A stretch of DNA of 64,000 nucleotides from Takakia lepidozioides (taxonomy: Eukaryota; Plantae; Bryophyta): NCBI GenBank assembly GCA_030704615.1, contig CM060732.1, positions 65,720,001 to 65,784,000 on the forward strand, read 5' to 3'. The notes beneath the pieces are model-generated. The model did no database searches, was not told the origin of the DNA, and was given only the letters and a program-made list of their open reading frames with translations. A program made the translations under genes and the position numbers. Shown here in pieces: positions 38,890 to 49,480 of the stretch (positions are counted from its first letter, which is position 1; each line of letters starts with the position of its first letter).

Positions 38890-40292
38890 ATGGTCTTCCT
38901 GGACAAATCCTGGAGACATCTAGGACATGCGGAGGACAATATCAAGACATGTGATGGTAGGTTTGATGGGGAAGAGGGGATATGGGGGAGAGTGGATAGG
39001 GATGCAGTGGAGGCAGCTGCCTATGCAGCTAAGTACCGCAAGTATGAGCGCGAGTTCCTGCGTCGAATCAACCACCTCTATTTCTCCGGCAAAACTGCCA
39101 ACCAGGGTATGCTCTCCCTCTCTCTGTCTCTCTCTATTTGCTCTTGGATCTCTCAAAACCCTAAATCCTGAACCTACCAGGACCCTTCAATGATGGGGTT
39201 GTATTTGCCATCTTTTCTCATGTGTTTCGGATAAGGTCGAGTTTGCAAGTTAATAGTTGGAGACATGTATCATTATTCTATTTCAACCATCAAACACCCA
39301 TATTTATTGACCTTTCTGTGAAGTGACTATGTGGTATGGATTTCCCTCTGCGGTTTCCTGTTTGAACAATCATGGCTATACACCCTTGAAGGCATGGGTG
39401 CTAGTCAGTGAGTTTGTCCCCACTAGATTAGCAAACCTGGGTCATAGCACTTGACACAAGGGTTGAATGCTAAAATTAGGCGCTACTGTTGACATCTTAT
39501 AATGAATCTCTCCATTCATTCAAGTACTGCTTTTGTTGCTCCATACCTTGACAGAGTTGTGTGGTGTTTAACTACACTCCATTTACCCCAGAGGTTAGAG
39601 GGAGAGAGGGAATGTGTGGATGTCAGCAGGGAAGTAAAATTGAGTAACTACGAGGTTTAACAATGGATACACTGAGTTTGGTTGGTTGTTGGGTAGATAT
39701 TGCAATGCTGGTTTGACTTTGGATTTTGTTATGTTTGTGGGAAAATGCAGGAGGACTACTGTTCGAGAGCACCGCCACCATTGATGATAATGTCATTAAT
39801 GAAAGCAAGTAAGATTCTTTACTGTCTCATTTTAGCCCATCTTTTAGGTTCTCTGCAAAGTGAGCCATGGAGCTGAAATTTTGCGAAAAAGACCAAATTA
39901 CAGAACCAGCCAAAACTTCAATCAAAATGTGAAGGTAACCTTGATAAGTAGATAGAAATGGAAAATTATGAGGCTGAACAGCCATCAATGTAGTGGCCTG
40001 ATGATAGCTGTAGATGCAAGCCATAGGCGTTATTGAACAGCAGTGGTCCAACTGTTTGAACTAAATCTGATTCAATTTTGTTAGCAAATGGAGTTTCCAA
40101 TGGGGTGATTTTCCTTCTTACAGAGAGCCAGCGCTGAAGAAGTACTTAGCAGCATCAGGCCTGAAAGTCAAGGAAGTGCAACCCTCAAAGCCGGGAACAT
40201 CAGGGACAGATCCAAAATTGCCCTCTTCCAGCAAAAAAGTATCAAGGAGCACTCCTGAAGGCAACAAGAAGTCCACAAGTAGGGCTAAATGA
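38890..40292 (+). CDS. Small uncharacterised plant protein; exons 38890(?)-39106, 39751-39808, 40124-40292
   Basis: GT-AG introns with compatible phases (1, then 2) give an open frame ..AAYAAKYRKYEREFLRRINHLYFSGKTANQG|GLLFESTATIDDNVINESK|EPALKKY..SRAK*; from memory it resembles a conserved land-plant family (KYxxYE..YFSxK..GG..FE..TID); start codon uncertain. Confidence 0.75.
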
Positions 40293-41704
40293 AGACATTC
40301 TTCACAATAGCTCTTGAGTCCCTGGTCTTCAGTCTCAAGTGTGGAGGTCTTCCTTTACCCGCCAGATGGATGAGAGTAAAGGCCATCTGTTGATTAGAAC
40401 CCAATCAAATGACCTGATGCGCGTCTGGAGCTGTGAGTTATCAAAAGGAGTGGATGGGTAAAAGAAGATGGGTTGTCCATGAGGACGTGTAACAGTCGAG
40501 TTTTGTATGCACATATCCTAGTTGCTTCCCCTTGAAAGTAACTGGTGCAGAGTTTTTCAAAGCAATTGCACCGAAGCAGCACTTGACGTTGCTATCAATT
40601 ACTGAATCAGTGGTTCTCATGTGCAAGTGATGAAAATTTATGGTGAATGAACCAGTGATCACCAAAGCCCCTCATCCAGATCAGAAGGCTTTTGCTCAAC
40701 CAAGGTAGATCACAATAAGAGTGCATTGGAAATTGGTCGAACCAGTGAGCAACAGACAGGTTCCCACCCAAGAATGACATTCCTCAGTTTCTTAATTGTG
40801 GTTTTTGTGTGACAGGCAACCTGAGTCATACCTTTTAAAAATTTCAAGGTCTCCCTCTATCTGGCATGCCCATGCCATTACCAAGGTATTCTTCTGTGGT
40901 GCCAAGGCGTGCCATAGTGAAGTCTCTCATCAGAGCAAACCATTTGCAACCAACATTTAGGGGCTGTAACTTGCCTGCACTACTGTGCTGGTCAATTGAT
41001 GAACACGGTGAATCTTGCTAGAAGATGGTCAGCCCATCAGAGTCCCTTCGTGAGCACCCACATTGTCTGCAATCAGGTTTCTTCACAATATGACTTTACT
41101 GTGCCAGGCGGTGATTATATTCTAATCGTCAAGCACTGTATATAAACTTGAGGGTTCAAAGCATCTACCAAATCGTTTCTTCAACATGTTTAGCATCGCT
41201 CCAGCTGACAGAGTGCTACTTGACGAGCGCTGCTCATGAAGTACTGACGTATCAGTAGTCTTCCTCTCTATATGGACACGGTTGTCCTGAGTTTTGGTGC
41301 CCATATACCAGTTCACTGAGCCTGCCTCCATTGAGAAACGATCTTTCCATGTAAAGAAGATTTTCAAGTAGCCCTCACCCTACCCTACGTACCTCCATCA
41401 GCAGTTCCTTCTGTAGAAGACTTCGAGAAAAACAGAAGCCGTTAAACGAGTGCTTTGCTTCTAAGGAAACGCAAACGAAGCCTTGATTACTTCGCAAAGT
41501 TATGACGATGATGCACGACTGAGGTAATGAGACGCAGCTGCATTGAGGTGGACAATGGGGATCAGAGATTCATTGTAAAAGGCAAAGTCGCAGCAGATGG
41601 AGGAAATTGATGGGAAGGTGAAGACGTTGTGTTAGCGGATGAGAGGACGGGGCGTACGGGAGTGACTAGCTTTGCATGGCAGGATGTGGAGGGGGAGAGA
41701 ACCA

Positions 41705-42305
41705 AACTAAAAATAAAATAAAATAAAATAAAAAACCTGCATAGCTTTATTAAAGACCCAAGTGGGGTAACTGTACAAATGGGTGCAACTGTCCCCAAGT
41801 GGAAAAAACCAAAGCTCGTAGAGCTAGATATATTGACACAAAGAAAGAAATCAAACTATTCTAGTATCACCTACAGCCTTAAAAATGTCAGACAACAGGA
41901 AAAAGGTGGATCAGACAGTGCGGGGAGGGGAGATGAAGCCGTCCCACCAACCTCTGCCCGATGTAAAATAGGTTGAGCTTGAGCCTTTTGCAGAGCAACA
42001 GAAACTCGTTGTCTAAAGAAAGCTACAAGAATAGAGGCGTATGGGCTTCCAAGGCTTTTGTTTTCCGCTGCACGATGGGCACATGTGCGAAGGAAGTCGT
42101 TGAACTGATGATGCAAACAACCAAAGATCTCGACTGCCAAAGGAAGGAATGTGTTTGTGGAATGACGTGCCCGATAGTCATGCTCCTTTCCTTGCGGGGA
42201 AGGAGATCCGACCTAGTAGGATCAGCGATGACAACGTCCGCCAATGTACGCAATCCGTCCTGTGAGAGAACAATGTCAACCCGTTGTTGAGTGGAATGGT
42301 GATCG
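41705..42305 (-). mobile_element. 3' fragment of the same CRE-like element
   Basis: Reverse complement of ~36750-37345; (TTTTA)n tail on the element strand. Confidence 0.88.
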
Positions 42306-42449
42306 TGGGATAAGTCTTATCCTCCTTTAGTATGGCCGGTCGTGGAGGGTTGTAACCTGGATCAACAGGAGGGGGATATGTTGACTCGGGCTAGTTTTAG
42401 GCTCGTGCCCAGGGATGATGAGCTTCTAGTCCCTTCTCCAATACCTTCC

Positions 42450-42908
42450 ACAAGTGGAACTGCGAATGTTAGCCCAAGGTCTCAAATCTCTGAGAACAGA
42501 GAAATTTTATCCGACAAGCAAGTGGGGCAAGTGTTTCAAGAGGAAACGTGCAAGCACACTAAACTTTACCAGAATGCAAAGTGCAAATACATTGCATGCA
42601 CTAGTCACTAAATATACGGATGTTTTGATCCCAGAATTTGGGAGAGTGTTACATTCCGAGAACTATAGGATCTTCCCAAAGTAACATGGCGTACAATGTT
42701 ACCATTGGCAACTTCCAAGTGTATTTGCCCTGATTTTATTTCGATGAAAAATGTGAGGGGACCCTACACTCCTTGCAAGCATATGTACTTCATTTTCTTA
42801 AGCAGGCTTGATTGTCCTCGGGACTGGGACATGATGCATCAGCCAACTCTCATGTTGAATGAGGTAGCAAAGCTTCTCATCAAGGACCCAAGCCCATTGT
42901 ATATTTGA
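42450..42908 (+). pseudogene. SWIM zinc-finger fragment (probably MULE-transposase-related)
   Basis: CICPDF..PCKHMYFIF; upstream region broken by stops and frameshifts. Confidence 0.65.
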
Positions 42909-44199
42909 CCAAGAATTTGAGATGTGCGCTTGTTTACATCAGTATTGGGTTTTCCAGTTTCAGAGAGAATGCCTTTCAAGGAATATAGATTTGGACGGAA
43001 AACTTTGTCCTTTTTAAATGCTATATGTGTGATTATGCTTCTGTTTTTCTTGATATCGGATGTACAACTCCATGAAAACAAAGGTCTTACAGATAAGTGG
43101 TGTGTTGCAGTGTTTGAGCTGTGGTATGTAGTGATCATATTTCTCCTATAACTATCTTTGTGTAAGCAATCAGCGCCGAACATTACTCCTTGCATTTGTA
43201 TGGTTAAAGGCGCAAATGTTTTCCCTTCTGTATCCGGGTTTGGTGCTGAACATTCACCCTTTCCTATGTTTCAATTTTTGCAATTCGAGGCATGGTTGTG
43301 TACATCAATTCCACTTTTCGCACGTGTATCCCATTTTCTTACAAATCATGCTTTTTGTTTTGAATTTCCATATCCGAATGGAAATCCCTACTACCGAACC
43401 TATCCCAAACCTATCTTGGGCCTCGACATAGGTTCGGAGGTGGTTTGTTAAACAGGTACGTGCTCACAATTCATGGATTATAAGCCCCCAGTTAGGACTG
43501 GGAGTATGTACAATATTTAGTATTCCTTTTGTGGTTAGAATGGATTTTTCTTATAGAAGTGAATGGCAAAAAAATGGGAATTTTGATATTAGATTGATCG
43601 GATAGATAGAGTCGGGTACTTTGTGAATTGAACAAAAAATCAATATCGCAGTATCACAAGGGTGGATGGAAGTAGTTAGATAAATGACATTATTGGATGA
43701 AAAATTAGATAGGATAAAGTTTGTTATGGTAAATTCTGTAACGGTTAGACTAAGAAGTATAAGCTCTGTAGAATAATAGTAATTTCTTTTGAGTTAGGAC
43801 ATGGCTACTTAGTAAACATTTTGAATGACTCTTTGGAGCATGTCATGCTTTATTGCTCGATTATCGCGTGAACTGATCGATATTGTCTGATGCTATCGAA
43901 TATGAAGGATAATGGATAAAGAATGAATGAAGAAGTGTTTAAGGGGTGTTTAAGTTGGATGAGATCTGTTCTATGGCAATTGAGGCAGGTCAGAAGCACG
44001 GTTCAGTAGGTTCTTGTTGATGCAATTGGTGTCAAAGAGCTAGATAGTCGTGACTGTGTGGAGGATGCAGAATAGGGAGAATAGACTTTAGGAGCCATAG
44101 ACTAGAACATACTCTGAAGATGGATTAGGTTTGATGATGATGTTATTGAAGTTTTAAAGAAAATGAGAAAATAAAATAAAATAATGATATACTTAGTAT

Positions 44200-45486
44200 T
44201 GCAAAGGGCCTCCCATCACCATCACCCAGACCATAACCTCATTACAGCCATCGTCAACCTCGCTACCTCCATAGACCACCCCATCCACTTGATTAAAGTT
44301 CGATCACATATTGGCATCTCTGGTAATGAGGCGGCGGACCTCCTCGCTCAGGAGGGTGCCTCCAAACCCCCAGTAGATCCCACGGATACCCATCCATATC
44401 GCACATACTCACCCATTCTGGCTGATACCATGTGCCTGATCCCCCCAACCAATACGCAATTTATCGACCATTCTCACCCGAGAAGCTAACAAACAAGCTC
44501 TGGCGTTTATAAGCCATACCAAGTCCGCATCCAAAAATGTACACAATCCACTGTCCTCCACCATAAGCTGTCTAATTACTTCTGACACACCAAAGCTAAT
44601 ACTGACGCACAATACGACAAACCCTGAAATGCAAATACACTCAATATATGGGCCACCAACGCAAGCACATATTCTCGCCACGATTATATCCATCCCCAAA
44701 GCTATCCACTATGCTCACACACTCACCAGGTGCGTGACACCTGGCCCCACCTCCTTAGCCAGTGTACCCACCTTGTCATCCATGGGCTCCGCATAACTCG
44801 ACATAACCATGTTGTTTGGCATATTCATAAGCTGCTCATACGCCGCACTGAAACCAAGTGGTTCTCACTCATCAACGCCGGCACCTACGAAGGCAGACCC
44901 CCAGACCATACTGTTCCGTCATGGTTACTCCCCTGTACATGCCCTCATTTACCTTTCACCTGCCTAACCAGGCTTTGTCCGAACATCTTACTTGTCCATG
45001 CCTTACCCATAAACGCACCCCCGCCCACTACCCCATCCCTGGATCTTACCATTTACTTCATCGAATTTACATCCTGCCACGATCGCTACCCTGCCTCCTC
45101 CATCTTGGACAAACATCAGAATTATGCCCCACTCATCCTCGTAATTCGCCAACATGGTTGGAACACCGGCCCATTATCTGTCATTACTACTAGTACTAGG
45201 GGCGGCATCCACAATGTTATCATCACCGCACTACACAAAAACCTTAATATTCCCATCCCTCCTATTCATAAATGCTTCAAGGCCATTCATCTCACAGCGC
45301 TCCCCTCTCTTACAGCTATTATTATTAGCAAACGACAACTGGAATCCAGCCATCCCTCGGTACCCTTGAGCCTGGATACCTATACCCCCTATCGACCCGG
45401 TGTCCCCCTATAGACACATGCAGGCTTAGCTTGCTTTTAGTATAGGGCCCACCCCCGCAAGGGGGCAGTAGCCGTGAGGCGAAGTG
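44200..45486 (+). mobile_element. 3' part of a Dualen/RandI-like retrotransposon (RNase H + CCHC + RLE); 3' UTR probably continues at 50584-50645
   Basis: IKVRSHIGISGNEAADLLA (RNase H); RDTWPHLLSQC..RHN; CPNILLV..YFIEFTSCHD..KHQNYAPL (RLE). Confidence 0.82.
45400..45486 (+). ncRNA. Putative structured 3'-UTR RNA element of the Dualen-like retrotransposon
   Basis: GTGTC..GACAC stem, CCCCC-GCAA-GGGGG, C-AGTA-GCC-GTGA-GGC-GAA-G; conserved in the copy at 5247-5305 (minus strand) up to the gap. Confidence 0.55.
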
Positions 45487-46869
45487 CACTAGAAGAGAAA
45501 CCGGCTTTTTCCACGGCTTTTTTCACACTTTTTGCTGTGGAATCAGCCGCAGTCCACACCTGCCGTGGGTGTAAGGAACGACTAGTGCTTTCGGACACCC
45601 CGTGGACGGCCTGGCTCTCGGGTGGCCCTGTGGAAAAGTCCACGGGAGGCTTTTTCCATGGGTGGGCTTTTTTCACGGGGTGGATGGTGACATGGTCGAT
45701 GGCATAGCTGACATGGCAGAGTGTGAAAAAAGGCCAGTGTGGCATGTTTCACGGCGGATTTCACACCTTGAACAAGTCACTATGCGACACGTGTCATATT
45801 TCACACCTTCGACAAGTCACTATGCAACACGTGTTCGTTCCTGTGTGGTGGTACACATTAATTAATTATTATTTGCTTTCCAATATTAAGTTTGAATATT
45901 AATGGATTTAATTTATTGTTATTATTATTATTATTATAGGAAAAATGGACAGTGGCCTGGATGAGAACATTATTAAATAACAAAATATTGAAATTATGTT
46001 TTTAGAAATTATATTTATTCGCTCAGATACCAAAACACACCCTTTGCAGGGAAGGAGAGTTTGCCTTAGTGTCTATGCTGAGTTGCATCTCCTACTCTCT
46101 GTAATCTAATAGACATTCACCTTTTCCCTCGGTTGTCCCACCCTTGACTGCGGTCAGAAAAGCATTCATTCCACAGCTTCTCCTCATCTCTGTTACATGT
46201 TTCTGGATACTTTCCTATTGTCACTTTGGTAGTATCATGTCAAAATCACTCCAAACTATGTACCATCTACCCAGGCAGGTTTCTTGTAGCTAACCCTCCA
46301 CAGGGAATCATAAGTAATCTGGAGCTTGAAATCTGGTCATCTTGGATGACACTCTATCCCTGCTCCTTCAGCTATCCATGCCTCTGCACAGATCATGCAT
46401 ACATCTTTGCATTTCTGTTAGCAACTGACAATGGCGGCCTAGATTTGTTCTAGCAAACACCCAACTCATCTTATCACACCAGTTTCTATTCTCAATTGCA
46501 TCTACCACTCTGTAATCCAAAGGCATTTACCTTCCAAGACGGTTGTCCCAACATTGACTGGGGTCAGAAAAGTATTCATTCCACAGCTTCTCCTCTCTGT
46601 TACCTATTTCTGGATACTTTCCTATTGTCACTTTGGCAGTATCATGTCAAAGTCACTCCAAACTATCAAAGGTTCACTCAACCAGCTAACTTGCAACATT
46701 CTTAGAACATGAAAATTTAGGGCGATTCTGATAAGAGGGGAAAACAGAGTGAAATGGGTTAAAGAAGGTGCCTTGATTAGCATTGCCTGATTTTATCAAT
46801 TGTGCCGCTGCTGCTGCGGCTTCCAGTTGACCATCTACCCATGCAGGTTTCTTGGAGCTATTTTTCCAC

Positions 46870-47480
46870 GGGGAATCACCCCTTCCCACATCATTGCTCA
46901 TAGGTCTCCAAAGCCTCCATCCGCGCCCTTGATGTGCATATCCTGCAATCATCGCACTCCACGACACCACATCTCGTTCAGCCATACTGTCAAACACTTC
47001 CTTTGCATCCTCGATGCACCCACATTTGGCATACATGCAGTCCACCAGGGCAGTGTTCAGAATGACATTGGGTAGATTTGACGATGTCACCATGGACCTC
47101 TTTGCCCTTTTCCAGAGCTCCCACGCTTGCACATGCATTACAAACAAATGTGATGTGGTTGGGCTTCACCCCTTCGCGCAACAGTTGCTCATAGGTCTCC
47201 AAAGCATTTCTACCACACCCATGTTAAATCCTGCCAACATTATATTCAACGTGATCAAAGTTCGTTGAGGCATTCCGTTGAACACTCGGTGTGCATTCAT
47301 GATGTTCCTGCACTTAACATACATGTTCACAAGGGGATTGAGGAGAGAAACACTTGGTGTGAATCCACTTTGGATAATGTGACTGAAATGCTCCTTGGTT
47401 TAAAGGTTGTAGAGCCTCTTTCAGTCTGCCTGCCTCACAAAGCATCTTCACATGCCCAGAAGAGCATATACACCTGCTCT
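46870..47480 (-). pseudogene. PLS-class PPR gene fragment
   Basis: [44 protein letters not shown]; frameshifted. Confidence 0.88.
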
Positions 47481-47490
47481 CAAAGAAGCT

Positions 47491-47930
47491 CTAATGGTTT
47501 GTATCATGTAGCAAAGCGTCTTGGAGGAAAGATGTTGTGTAAGGGGTAGTACCAAAGGGAACACCTAACACTCGAATACCCTCAAATGGTGCTAGAAAGT
47601 CGGTAGGGGGCACGAAATCTGATGGCAGACCAGATGGTGACAAAGCTGTGGTTTTGCGAGGTTGAACAGTGAGCCCCAGAGAGTGAAGTTGGGTAGCAAA
47701 GTGATGGAAAGCCAAGAGGATATCAGTGGGAGGGCCAATGATGTGGGTATCATTAGCAGAAGGAAATATACATGATTGGAAGGCTTGCGCAGATGAGCGA
47801 AGGGCTCGGAAGTGGGCAAAAGCAAAAAAAAATCCCCCTAATAGATCGCCCTGACGGGTTCCTACTTCGGACTGGATTATAGTAAGATCTCCGGTACGGG
47901 TGTGATGACTATAAAACAAAGGGGTGGAGA
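47491..47930 (-). mobile_element. CRE-like reverse transcriptase fragment inside the Pack-CACTA
   Basis: IQSEVGTRQGDLLG, SANDTHIIG (degenerate ADD), GIRVLGVPFG. Confidence 0.8.
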
Positions 47931-48199
47931 AAGTATAAACACCAAATTGCAGATCATGCTGCCACACAATCTAGAGGAACACAATGCAGCCTTGCAAATC
48001 AATGGTACGCAAGGTTAGATAGGCACACTAGCGTCGTGTCACCTAGGAAATACCATCATCCAGAACCCAAAGTTTCAGATGTTGTGGTTTTGTCCCAATG
48101 ACATTTTTCAGTGTGTTTCATGGTAGGGTAGCATTATGGACTCCCTCACTTGATCCTCTTTTAGAAGCTGTGGTATGGTTGTTGTGACTGATTTAAATC

Positions 48200-49480
48200 A
48201 GGGCTGCCAGGCCTGCAATGCACACAAACATGATGTGGCCGAGCTGAACCCCTTCCCCCATCATTTGCTCATAGGTCTCCAAAGCCTCCATCCCACGTCT
48301 CTGTTGTGCATACCCTGCAAGCATCGCACTCCACGACACCACATCTCGTTTAGCCATAGTGTTGAACACTCCCTTTGCATCCCCGATGCACCCACATTTT
48401 GCCTACATATCCACTAGGGTATTGTTCAGAATGACATTTGGTACAATTCCAGCTCTGAAGGTGTCACCATGGACCTCCTTCCCCTTTTCCAGAGCTGCTA
48501 GGGCAGTGTTTCGAATGACATTAGGTACAATTCCAGCTTTGATGATATCCCCATGCACCTCTTTGCCCTTCTCCAGGGCTGCCAGGCCTACAATGCATAC
48601 AAACATAATGTGGCCGAGCTGAACCCCTTCCCCCATCATTTGCTCATAGGTCTCCAAAGCCTCCATCCCACGTCCCTGCTGTGCATACCCTGCAAGCATC
48701 GCACTCCACGACACCACATCTCGTTCAACCATAGTGTTGAACACTCCCTTTGCATCCCCGATGCACCCACATTTTGCATACATGTCCACTAGGGTATTGT
48801 TCAGAATGACATTTGGTACAATTCCAGCTCTAAAGATGTCACCACGGACCTCCTTCCCCTTTTCCAGAGCTGCCAGGGCAGTGTTTAGAATGACATTAGG
48901 TACAATTCCAGCTTTGATGATATCCCCATGCACCTCTTTACCCTTCTCCAGGGCTGCCAGGCCTACAATGCATACAAACATGATGTGGCTGGGCTGGACC
49001 CCTTCCCCCATCATTTGCTCATAGGTCTCCAAAGCCTCCATCCCACGTCCCTGCTGTGCATACCCTACAAGCATCGCACTCCACGACACCACATCTCGTT
49101 CAGCCATAATGTTGAACACTCCCTTTGTATCCCCGATGCACCCACATTTTGCATACATGTCCACTAGGGTATTGTTCAAAATGACATTTGGTACAATTCC
49201 AGCTTTGAAGGTGTCACCATGGACCTCCTTCTCTTTTTCCAGAGCTGCCAGGGCAGTCGTTTGGTGGAAGCCATTGGAGCTGCCTCCTTCCCCCCTTGGA
49301 GCAACCCACCTCCAGCCTCATCCATGCTAGCTGCAAACCCAGCTTTGATGATATCCCCATGCACCTCTTTGCCCTTCTCCAGGGCTGCCACGCCTGCAAT
49401 GCATACAAACATAATGTGGCCGGGCTGGACCCCTTCCCCCATCATTTGCTCATAGGTCTCCAAAGCCTCCATCCCACGGT
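48200..49480 (-). repeat. Tandem 375-bp duplications of a PLS-PPR coding unit (~3 copies)
   Basis: ORF starts recur at 48359/48734/49109 and 48553/48928; the 258-aa ORF 48403-49179 contains two near-identical 125-aa units. Confidence 0.92.

Noticed and set aside
45440-45486. Canonical hammerhead ribozyme
   Set aside because: Three-stem topology fits, but the CUGAUGA core and the UH cleavage site are missing; kept only as an unclassified structure
48403-49179. Functional PPR editing-factor gene
   Set aside because: No targeting peptide or E/DYW domain, truncated L motifs, frameshifts at both ends, and located inside a Pack-CACTA
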